The translations under genes and the position numbers were made by a program. DNA of 52,332 nt from a virus (lineage: Duplodnaviria > Caudoviricetes), in the IMG/VR virus record IMGVR_UViG_3300023103_000007, positions 1-52,332 of that record; one strand, given 5' to 3'. Below the pieces are notes generated by a model. That model was not told the origin of the DNA. It did no database searches and was given only the letters and a program-made list of their open reading frames with translations. Positions 24,725 to 32,688 of this stretch are shown here, one piece after another (the stretch's first letter is position 1; each line of letters starts with the position of its first letter).

Positions 24725-25529
24725 GACCACAGACCACAACCTCCTGCAGTCAGCACAGGCTCCATGGTCCATCATCAGGACACCCACACTATCGTCATCA
24801 GGCACCATGCCCAGCAACAGCCCCTCCCCCGATCACCGACTCCACACCTGTCATCCCTGACTCAGGACTATGGTCCATCGTCCCCCACAGTACACCTATA
24901 GCACAGAGACAGTAGAGACACAGTACACCTACAGTACAGTACAGTATACAGGACGACGAGAATAGACGATGTAGAGTAGATCTACAGTACAGCGACAGCA
25001 CCGAGAACCACCGAAGTACACTCTCACGACAGTCACCTCACTGGTCCAGAGTCCGTCGTCCCTGTCTGCTGCAGTCAGCACCAGCTGGCTCCTACACCAC
25101 TCAGGACACTGGGGGTATCGTGACGACAGACTACGTGCGCCTGCCCACGTACGACAAGCTGTCATCATACTTGCCAGGAGACCTGGCGTCCTCGTCCACT
25201 GGTGACTCTGGGGTAGCCTCTAGGGGTAGGTCGCTCGTCCGTCGTCACGATCAGGCGAGGACAGCAGCTAATGACCCCTATTATACTAAAATATAATAAG
25301 ATAATTCATCAGGTGACTCTAACAAGGAGATGAAGATGACACAGCTGAACTGAGTGTCACTCAGGGTAAGTTGGCTGTGCTAAGTGACTAGAGACATGGT
25401 GACAGCCCATGGTCTGTGATCAACACATCATGGAGTGATCACAGGCAAGTCAGGTGAGATAAGATCAGATGGGTAATAGGGGTAGGGGGTAGGGGCGCAT
25501 TATAGGCTTGCACATAGCCGGACTCATTT

Positions 25530-25970
25530 TCACTGAGGCTCTTGACGCAGAAGAATCCTCCTCACAGAGTCCCAGTTCCACTTCGATGGTCCACCAGACC
25601 AACACCCCAGAACATAGTCAGCACCGTCCTGGAGACCACCGGACAGACACCTGGATGCATCCCCTCCATCGAGTATCCACAGCTCATCCACAGCCCCTCC
25701 CCGACGTGGCCCACCATCATGTCTCCTCCTCACCCCAATGAGGACATGACCACCAGCACGAGCACGTCTCTCAAGCCATGCAACCTGATGAGGACGAAGA
25801 GTAACCGATCGGGAGGGGGTCTGCTTCAGCTCTATCCACCCCTCCACCCCACAGCCGCAGAAGTTGGCATCAGGAACTCCCATCCCTGTCGCTCCCACCT
25901 CAATCGACTGCCAGTGAAACTCCCTCAGTCTCTGACGCAGTATGCTCCTCAGGTCACCGTCAGTACTCAA
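25530..25970 (-). CDS. VRR-NUC / PD-(D/E)XK Holliday-junction-resolvase-like nuclease
   Basis: IE...GVPD...WIELK...LRPHQVAWL.RR..AGG. Confidence 0.85.
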   Translation of the reverse strand: MSTDGDLRSILRQRLREFHWQSIEVGATGMGVPDANFCGCGVEGWIELKQTPSRSVTLRPHQVAWLERRARAGGHVLIGVRRRHDGGPRRGGAVDELWILDGGDASRCLSGGLQDGADYVLGCWSGGPSKWNWDSVRRILLRQEPQ

Positions 25971-26683
25971 GACCTCCTTCTCCTGTCAAGCTCAGCACGA
26001 GCAGTGTACACATGGTCAGGACACATGCTGTCTCCCTGCCTCACCAACCACTCCAGGTATCCCCAGGGAATCTCACTGAACAGTTCTCCCCTGTGCTTGC
26101 CGAACCTCATCTTAGCCAGCATGGCTGGCTCAGTCGTCATTCTCAGCAGCTCGTCAGCAGTCCTCTCCTGCAGCATCCTCATCAGCAGCTTGGACGTGAC
26201 CCATGCATCATACAGAGCGCGATGAGGTGTCATGCCAGCATCACCAGGCATGTCACTGACGTCCAGCTTCAGCCAGTACCTCAGTGCCTGATTCCCGTGC
26301 GATGGTGCATCTGGCCACAGGTGACATGCACACCTGTATGTGCAGATCCAGCCATTCTCGGCAAACCCATCTGGCATCATGGCTGAGTCGAACTTGGCGT
26401 TGTGAGCCACAGCAACAGCAACATCCTGAAGCTCCTTGTACTCCTCCACCACCTCGCTCATGGTCATCTCCCCCGACACCATCTCCTCAGTGATGTGGTG
26501 CACAGCCATTGCCTCCACCTCAATCGGTGTAGATGGTCTCACCAGCGAGCTCATCCATCCAGCTGTGTCCCAGATGCCAGCATCATCATCCCCCTCATCA
26601 CCACTCTCCAGCACAACTGCTGCAACCTCAATAACCTCACCCTCGAGACCTGTGGTCTCTGTGTCTATCACTGTCAGCCTCAA
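25967..26683 (-). CDS. DEDDh 3'-5' exonuclease, ExoX-like
   Basis: IDTETTG, AHNAKFD, HRALYD; C-terminal MRFGKHRG..FSEIP.GYLEWL. Confidence 0.9.
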   Translation of the reverse strand: MRLTVIDTETTGLEGEVIEVAAVVLESGDEGDDDAGIWDTAGWMSSLVRPSTPIEVEAMAVHHITEEMVSGEMTMSEVVEEYKELQDVAVAVAHNAKFDSAMMPDGFAENGWICTYRCACHLWPDAPSHGNQALRYWLKLDVSDMPGDAGMTPHRALYDAWVTSKLLMRMLQERTADELLRMTTEPAMLAKMRFGKHRGELFSEIPWGYLEWLVRQGDSMCPDHVYTARAELDRRRRS

Positions 26684-26834
26684 GTAACTTCTCCATTATC
26701 TCACTGCACTCCCTCACCTCAGTAGTCAAATTCCTCAGGCGAGAGCCACCTACTCTTCTCCTGACGAGAGCAGTCGATATCTGACCACAGACAGCAGCCA
26801 GCCTCCTGTGTATCTCCTCAAGATCATGAAGCAA
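26637..26834 (-). CDS. Hypothetical helical protein
   Basis: Fills the gap in the leftward operon; TTG start. Confidence 0.4.
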   Translation of the reverse strand: MLHDLEEIHRRLAAVCGQISTALVRRRVGGSRLRNLTTEVRECSEIMEKLLEADSDRHRDHRSRG

Positions 26835-27459
26835 CTTCTATGTACCCACGAGACAGATCATGCTTCACGTCATCCCGAGTCACCCCATCAGGACCACTCA
26901 TTGCCTCACCAACAGTCCTCCCCACCACGTACCTCTTGAACCTCTCATGTGCTGCTGTTCCTGCTCTCTTTGGGTTGTCAGCTACTCGAGTCACCACACT
27001 GTCCTCACACCAGCTGTGCTTGTGCACAGGTACTATCTTCAGTCTCTTCCTACTCCCTCCACTCCTCTCACTCTCACTCTCACTCTCACTGCCACCAGTC
27101 CCCTCACTCCCTCTCCCGTCATCACTATCGGCCACACCATCACTCGCAGCTATGAATCCCCCAGTAGCATCCAGACAGAGTTCAGCTATCCTCACCCCAT
27201 CAGTGGTTCCGTCAGACTCCAGAGCAACAAGTAGATCACTTATGTCCAGACCATGAGACACCAGCTGACTCCCGAGATCCTCAGCAGACAAAGGTTGATC
27301 GGGGGAGGGGTCTGGTCTTGCCTGATGTAGTCTCGTCTGTATGTGCATGAGGTCAGCAGTACTGAGTGACAGGAGACACCTCACGAGTCTTCCGTCATCC
27401 CTCACTGTGTACCCATCACTGACTATTCCTGATGACATCTCTCTCTCCGCATATGACAC
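26824..27459 (-). CDS. NPKR-domain protein 3
   Basis: C-terminal NPKRAGTAAHERFKRYVVGRTVGEA...DDVKHDLSRGYIEV after a Ser/Glu-rich linker. Confidence 0.75.
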   Translation of the reverse strand: MSYAEREMSSGIVSDGYTVRDDGRLVRCLLSLSTADLMHIQTRLHQARPDPSPDQPLSAEDLGSQLVSHGLDISDLLVALESDGTTDGVRIAELCLDATGGFIAASDGVADSDDGRGSEGTGGSESESESERSGGSRKRLKIVPVHKHSWCEDSVVTRVADNPKRAGTAAHERFKRYVVGRTVGEAMSGPDGVTRDDVKHDLSRGYIEVAS

Positions 27460-27466
27460 TGCCTGA

Positions 27467-27495
27467 AGTATATCTCATGTACTCCTCACAGTAAA
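27467..27495 (-). promoter_or_regulatory. Phage promoter (TTTAC family)
   Basis: TTTACT-N17-TATACT. Confidence 0.7.
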
Positions 27496-27590
27496 GTGCT
27501 CGGAAGCCCATACTCACATCATGGAGTCACCTGCAGCCTACGACGACGAGAATAGACGAGTTAAACCTACTTCGGGGAAAACGCTATTGC

Positions 27591-27673
27591 CTATTACTTA
27601 GCCCTTTACGCGTACGCGCCCGCGAGGCTAATTTTTTAAAAATTTCACCGTTATAAGCAATATACTAATAGCA
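27591..27673 (-). repeat. AT-rich plus CG-rich element, copy B (inverted relative to 2772-2848)
   Basis: See copy A. Confidence 0.85.
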
Positions 27674-27817
27674 TGTTTAATAATAACTATACGAAACAGG
27701 TACTTAACACTATTACACTCGTATTACTTTCAGGTCATATCGCAAGATGTAATAGCTCATCAGTGTGTGCAACATCGGGCAATTAACTTCACACATCGCA
27801 CGTCACACATTAGGCTA

Positions 27818-27846
27818 TTTACCCCCCGACAGCCCTGCGCTATAAT
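27818..27846 (+). promoter_or_regulatory. Promoter of the packaging operon
   Basis: TTTACC-N17-TATAAT; ATG 27853 starts 7 nt after the end of the -10 box. Confidence 0.75.
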
Positions 27847-27852
27847 CTCTCT

Positions 27853-28380
27853 ATGTCCGATGCACCGTCCCCCCAGCCCCCTCCTGAACCGTCCCAGCCC
27901 CCCCGAGTTCCTGAGGGACAGAGACCACTCGCGGTGAGGACACCCAGGCGTCAGTCCGACCGTCATGACATGCGTGCTCAGGTGCAGGATGCTGTGCACG
28001 AGTACACCCTGTCCCGCTATCACGAGGACCTGGCTGACGGTGTACCTGAGGAGGAGTGTCAGCGAGTCATAGAGGAGTACAACCCTGTTGTTGAGCTCGC
28101 TCTTGTGGCAGTTGACCGGAGAACAGACACCAAGACTAAGCTGTGGGCTAATGCCGAGATTGCACAGTACATAATGCCCAAGCTCAAGGCTGTGGAGGTC
28201 ACTGAGGATCCTGAGGCCATGCGTCTCCAGGAGGAGAGGAATAGGATAGCCCAGGACTTCATGTCCATGCTTGATGGCATGGCTCGTGAGAAGAGTGCCT
28301 CTGCACGTGTAATTGAGGCAGAGATCTCTAGTGATGATGACGAGGTACATGTCCTACCACCACCGGAGTCAGCAGAGTGA
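27853..28380 (+). CDS. terS: Putative terminase small subunit
   Basis: Directly before TerL; YNPVVELA...AEIAQYIMPKLKAVE pattern. Confidence 0.65.
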   Translation: MSDAPSPQPPPEPSQPPRVPEGQRPLAVRTPRRQSDRHDMRAQVQDAVHEYTLSRYHEDLADGVPEEECQRVIEEYNPVVELALVAVDRRTDTKTKLWANAEIAQYIMPKLKAVEVTEDPEAMRLQEERNRIAQDFMSMLDGMAREKSASARVIEAEISSDDDEVHVLPPPESAE

Positions 28381-29654
28381 GCTCACCAGCCCTTGACGTC
28401 AGCCAGCTCACCACCGACCAGCTTCAGGCCATGACTGCGAGGCGTAGGTGGCTGGAGACTGCTCGTCCGGATCAGCTTCCACCTGCTGACAGGGACTTCC
28501 TGAACTGGATGCTGCTGGCTGGTCGCGGCTCTGGTAAGACTCGTGCAGGTGCAGAGGACGTGTGGTGGGACTGCTTCCGCTCCCCTCTGCGTGTTGCCGT
28601 CATCGGACCGACGAACAGTGACGTGAGGAAGACCTGCTTCGAGGGTGAGTCTGGCCTCCTCTCTGTGATGCCTGGCTCACTCATAAAGTCATACAACAGG
28701 ACATCCCTCGAGATGTGGCTGACGAATGGGAGCTATCTTGTGGGGTACTCCAGTGAGGAGCCTGAGCGTCTGCGTGGTCCTCAGCACCATCTTGCATGGT
28801 GTGAGGAGCTGGGAGCATGGTCCAAGCCCCAGGATACCTGGGACATGATGAAGTTCGGTCTCCGTCTTGGCTCTCGACCTCGTACGATCATAACCACCAC
28901 CCCCCGCCCCACCCCGCTCATGCGGACTCTGGTTGATGATCCTGAGACGATAGTCGCTCGCGCCTCAACGTACGACAACTCGTCCAATCTTCCTGAGTCG
29001 TTCATTGCTGACCTGAGGAAGAAGTACGAGGGGACTCGTCTGGGTGAGCAGGAGCTTCATGCCAAACTTCTGCTGGATACTCCTGGTGCCCTGTGGACTA
29101 CTGAGATGATCCAGGCAGCTAGACAGGGAACTCCTGTTCCGCCGATGACCAGGATAGTTGTTGCTGTTGACCCCTCTGGTACCAGGGGTGACTCGGGAGA
29201 TGAGGTGGGGATAGTGGCAGCAGGTGTGGATGATCTTGGGGGCTATCATGTTCTGTGTGATGCCTCCGTGCGCGGCTCGCCTGATGTATGGGCGAGGGCT
29301 GCTGTTCGTACCTACAACTCACTCAGGGCAGACAGGATTGTGGCAGAGAGGAACTTTGGTGGTGCCATGGTGGAGTCTGTGCTGAGGAGTGTGGATAATT
29401 CTATCCCATACACTGAGGTCTCCGCGAGTCGTGGCAAGGCTGTCCGCGCTGAGCCAGTTGCTGCTCTGTATGAGCAGGGTCGCGTGAGGCACCATGGTGA
29501 CCTGGCAAAGCTGGAGGAGCAGATGTGCGCGATGGCTCCATCAGGATACAGTGGTGACGGGAGTCCGGACAGGATGGACGCTCTTGTGTGGGCACTGAGC
29601 TTCCTGATGGGGAGACCTGGATACTCGATGAGTGACTTGAGGAGAGCACTGTGA
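28377..29654 (+). CDS. terL: Terminase large subunit
   Basis: AGRGSGKT, LRGPQ..AWCEE, TTTP, nuclease AVDPS...SPDRMDALVWA. Confidence 0.95.
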   Translation: MSSPALDVSQLTTDQLQAMTARRRWLETARPDQLPPADRDFLNWMLLAGRGSGKTRAGAEDVWWDCFRSPLRVAVIGPTNSDVRKTCFEGESGLLSVMPGSLIKSYNRTSLEMWLTNGSYLVGYSSEEPERLRGPQHHLAWCEELGAWSKPQDTWDMMKFGLRLGSRPRTIITTTPRPTPLMRTLVDDPETIVARASTYDNSSNLPESFIADLRKKYEGTRLGEQELHAKLLLDTPGALWTTEMIQAARQGTPVPPMTRIVVAVDPSGTRGDSGDEVGIVAAGVDDLGGYHVLCDASVRGSPDVWARAAVRTYNSLRADRIVAERNFGGAMVESVLRSVDNSIPYTEVSASRGKAVRAEPVAALYEQGRVRHHGDLAKLEEQMCAMAPSGYSGDGSPDRMDALVWALSFLMGRPGYSMSDLRRAL

Positions 29655-31501
29655 CGAATACAACAGCGACTGAGCAGCTCACTCGTGAGATGGAGAGTCA
29701 GCAGAGACTTGACTCACTGCTGATTGGGGACAGTCTGACCAACGTGATATCAGCCATAGGTCAGGCAAGCAGTAAGGTGTCGGCAACAACCTACACCATG
29801 CCCACGGATGACTACACAGAGGCGATGGCTGCATACCTCAGCTCTCCGTGGTTTGGTAAGATAGTGGAGATCCCTGCTGATGATGCAGTCAGGGAGTGGA
29901 GGTCTTGGAAGGCGACTCGGCAGCAGATCGAGAGGCTTGAGGCTGAGGAGTCTCGTATTCAGCTCAGGTCTAGGGTCCGGCAGCTGATGATCGAGTCTCG
30001 TGTCAAGGGTGGTGCCATTGCCATTATGGTGGGTCTACCTGGCTCCCCGCAGTCACCTGTCGACCTCAGCAGGATGACCAGGGGCTCCCTGAGGCACATA
30101 GCTGTCGTTGGACGTGACTGCCTCTCCTGTGGTCCTGTGGTACGTGATCCCATGGCGTCAGGGTATGGTATGCCTGAGTACTACACTGTCAGCACTGACT
30201 CTGGTCAGCAGCAGGTGCACCACAGCCGCACTGTCCGGCTGGATGGTCGCAGGCTTCTCTCTGCTCACGGACACCAGGAGTGGGGCACAACAGTCTGGAC
30301 TCACCTTAGGGATGCTGTCAGGTCTGCGGACCTCTCCTCCCCGATCGTCCATCAGCTCATGCTGGAGTCGAAGATTGACATTGTTAAGATCCAGGATCTG
30401 ATTCAGTACCTGGGGACTGAAGAGGGAAGTGAGCTCATCCAGAAGAGGTTCATGCTCGCCAATATGATGAAGTCTGTCGGCAATGCTCTCGTTCTGGACA
30501 AGGATGATGAGTGGCAGCAGCGACAGGTTAGCTGGGCTGGTATTCCTGACGTTGTGTATATGCTTCTCTCCTTCCTGTCAGGTGCTGCTGACATTCCAGT
30601 GACTCGTCTTGTTGGGCTCAGTGCACGTGGTCTCAATGCCACTGGTGAGGGTGACCTGAGGAACTATTATGACAGTGTCAGGTGCTATCAGCAGATAACA
30701 CTTGATCCGGCAATGTCGTCTCTCTCGGAGTGCCTCATACGCTCTGCTCTGGGGTCTCGTCCTGATGATATCTGGTATGAGTGGAGACCACTCTATCAGA
30801 TGACTCGGAAGGAGCAGGCTGAGGTTGACAAGATTGAGTCTGAGACAGTGACTAACTACGTGAATACTGGTCTGGTTCCTGCCGATGCTCTCGCGGAGGC
30901 TGCCCACGTTAGGATGGTGGAGAGCGGAAGCTGGCCAGGGCTGGAGAGGGCACTGGAGTCCTCATCATCCCTCGCCGACCCACCCCTAGAGCCACCTGTG
31001 TCTACTGTAACTGGTGATCCTCCTGGGCGCTCTGGAGTAGCTGATGCAGCCCCTGCACCCCTATACGTGCGCAGACAGGTTCTCAACGCTGCCGAGGTGC
31101 TGAGGTGGGCGAGGTCTCAGGGCTACACAGACACACTCTCAGATGATGATCTTCATGTCACTGTTCTCTACAGTCGCACACCTGTGGACTGGATGAGTAT
31201 ACCTGAGTCTCACTCCTCTCGTGTTGAGGTTACTCCTGGTGGTCCTCGGGTGGTGGAGAGGTTCTCTGGTGGTGCCTCTGTCCTGAGGTTCAGGTCGTAC
31301 GATCTTGAGTGGAGGCACTCTCACATGGTGGAGCTGGGTGCAAGTCACGACTTCGACAGCTATCAGCCACATATAACAATCAGCTACTCCCCCGATGCAC
31401 CTGATCCTGAGAGTGTAGAGCCATATCGTGGCAGGATACTCCTGGGTCCGGAGGTGTTTGAGTCCATAGACGAGAACTGGAGGGAGAGAGTTGGAGGTTG
31501 A
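29651..31501 (+). CDS. Portal protein (DUF1073-type) fused to a C-terminal Acb1-like 2H phosphoesterase
   Basis: IVEIPADDAVREWR, GAADIPVTRLVG..GLNATGEGD..NYYD; C-terminal LHVTVLYS and PHITISY (two HxT motifs). Confidence 0.88.
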   Translation: MTNTTATEQLTREMESQQRLDSLLIGDSLTNVISAIGQASSKVSATTYTMPTDDYTEAMAAYLSSPWFGKIVEIPADDAVREWRSWKATRQQIERLEAEESRIQLRSRVRQLMIESRVKGGAIAIMVGLPGSPQSPVDLSRMTRGSLRHIAVVGRDCLSCGPVVRDPMASGYGMPEYYTVSTDSGQQQVHHSRTVRLDGRRLLSAHGHQEWGTTVWTHLRDAVRSADLSSPIVHQLMLESKIDIVKIQDLIQYLGTEEGSELIQKRFMLANMMKSVGNALVLDKDDEWQQRQVSWAGIPDVVYMLLSFLSGAADIPVTRLVGLSARGLNATGEGDLRNYYDSVRCYQQITLDPAMSSLSECLIRSALGSRPDDIWYEWRPLYQMTRKEQAEVDKIESETVTNYVNTGLVPADALAEAAHVRMVESGSWPGLERALESSSSLADPPLEPPVSTVTGDPPGRSGVADAAPAPLYVRRQVLNAAEVLRWARSQGYTDTLSDDDLHVTVLYSRTPVDWMSIPESHSSRVEVTPGGPRVVERFSGGASVLRFRSYDLEWRHSHMVELGASHDFDSYQPHITISYSPDAPDPESVEPYRGRILLGPEVFESIDENWRERVGG

Positions 31502-32288
31502 TCTTCTGTCTCTTGCTCGTGATGCTGGTTCTAGGAGGGGTGAGTATCTCATTCAGCCGACAGAGCCCACTCGGTCTCAGTCTCAGGATCTACAGCGGAT
31601 ACTGATACTTGCTGCTCTACTGTGGAGGGATGGGTACAGATCATCTGTGATTCCGGCATACAGGGCTGCTCTTATCTCTGGGTCACTGAGGAGTGTTGTG
31701 TCTGCTGTGGATCTTGTGTACTCAGGATCATCCTCTGTTCTGGGTAGTATATCCTCTGGTGTGAGGGAGTGGGCGTCCTCTCTTCAGTCCAGACACATGA
31801 GGATGTTCATCTCTAGGGTCAGGTCACTGACTCGAGTGGACCTCACCAGTAGGATTAGCTCTGCTGATGTTGAGTCTGTCATTGATGACTTCACTCTGTA
31901 CGTGACCTCTCTGGCTGATGATGTGTCTGGTGACACTAGGTCTGCGATTATTGGTGTAGTCTCCAGAGGGCTGCAGTCTGGTGCCTCTACTGATGATGTT
32001 GCTGCGGAGATAGCCGCGATCATTGGTGTCTCACTCTCTAGAGCAAGGAGAATAGCTGTCGACCAGACAGCAAAGCTCACTGCTGCCCTGGACAGGGCGA
32101 GACAGACCCAGGTCGGGGCTGACAGCTTCATATGGGTTCACTCTAGGAAGGAGAGGTTTCGTCCCCACCACAAGGCTAGAGATGGTCAGGAGTTCAGGTG
32201 GGACAGCCAGGTGGCTAGGACTGATCCTCCTGGTCACGCACCATTCTGTGGGTGCAGCGCTAGGGGGGTACTCAGGGATGGCGAGTAG
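31491..32288 (+). CDS. Head morphogenesis protein (SPP1 gp7 / Mu gpF-like)
   Basis: RARRIAVDQTAKL, W...RPHHKARDG..F.W, PG...CGC. Confidence 0.85.
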   Translation: MEVDLLSLARDAGSRRGEYLIQPTEPTRSQSQDLQRILILAALLWRDGYRSSVIPAYRAALISGSLRSVVSAVDLVYSGSSSVLGSISSGVREWASSLQSRHMRMFISRVRSLTRVDLTSRISSADVESVIDDFTLYVTSLADDVSGDTRSAIIGVVSRGLQSGASTDDVAAEIAAIIGVSLSRARRIAVDQTAKLTAALDRARQTQVGADSFIWVHSRKERFRPHHKARDGQEFRWDSQVARTDPPGHAPFCGCSARGVLRDGE

Positions 32289-32688
32289 GATGACTGGGCA
32301 GGACGCAGTGGCCAGGAGGTTCCGCAGGATGTCCTCTGGTGTCACTGATGCTGTTGAGGATGCTCTGGTTGAGCTTGGTGGTCAGGTGAGGGACGAGGCT
32401 CGTCTCTCCATTATCGAGGGGTCAGTGTCTGGTCCTGGGCATGTTCCCTCTGCACCAGGAGAGCCGCCGAATGCTGACACTGGTCACCTGGACGAGAGTA
32501 TACATGTCACATCATACGTGCGAGGAGGTACGGTGACTGTTGAGGTGTCTGCGGACGCAGAGTATGCAGCTGACCTGGAGTATGGTAACTCCAGGATAGC
32601 AGAGAGACCATTCATGCGTCCTGCAACAGCTAAGGTGCGTCCTCGTGTTCCTGCTGGGGTCAGGGTTGCCGTCAGGAGGCTTCGCTGA
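32278..32688 (+). CDS. HK97 gp10-like neck protein
   Basis: PSAPGEPPNADTGHLDESI, YAADLEYG...ERPFMRPA. Confidence 0.85.
   Translation: MASRMTGQDAVARRFRRMSSGVTDAVEDALVELGGQVRDEARLSIIEGSVSGPGHVPSAPGEPPNADTGHLDESIHVTSYVRGGTVTVEVSADAEYAADLEYGNSRIAERPFMRPATAKVRPRVPAGVRVAVRRLR

Noticed and set aside
24469-25168. ORFs 24469-24693, 24798-25001 and 24929-25168
   Set aside because: They are low-complexity translations of repeats with no clear RBS or coupling; very small genes cannot be excluded.
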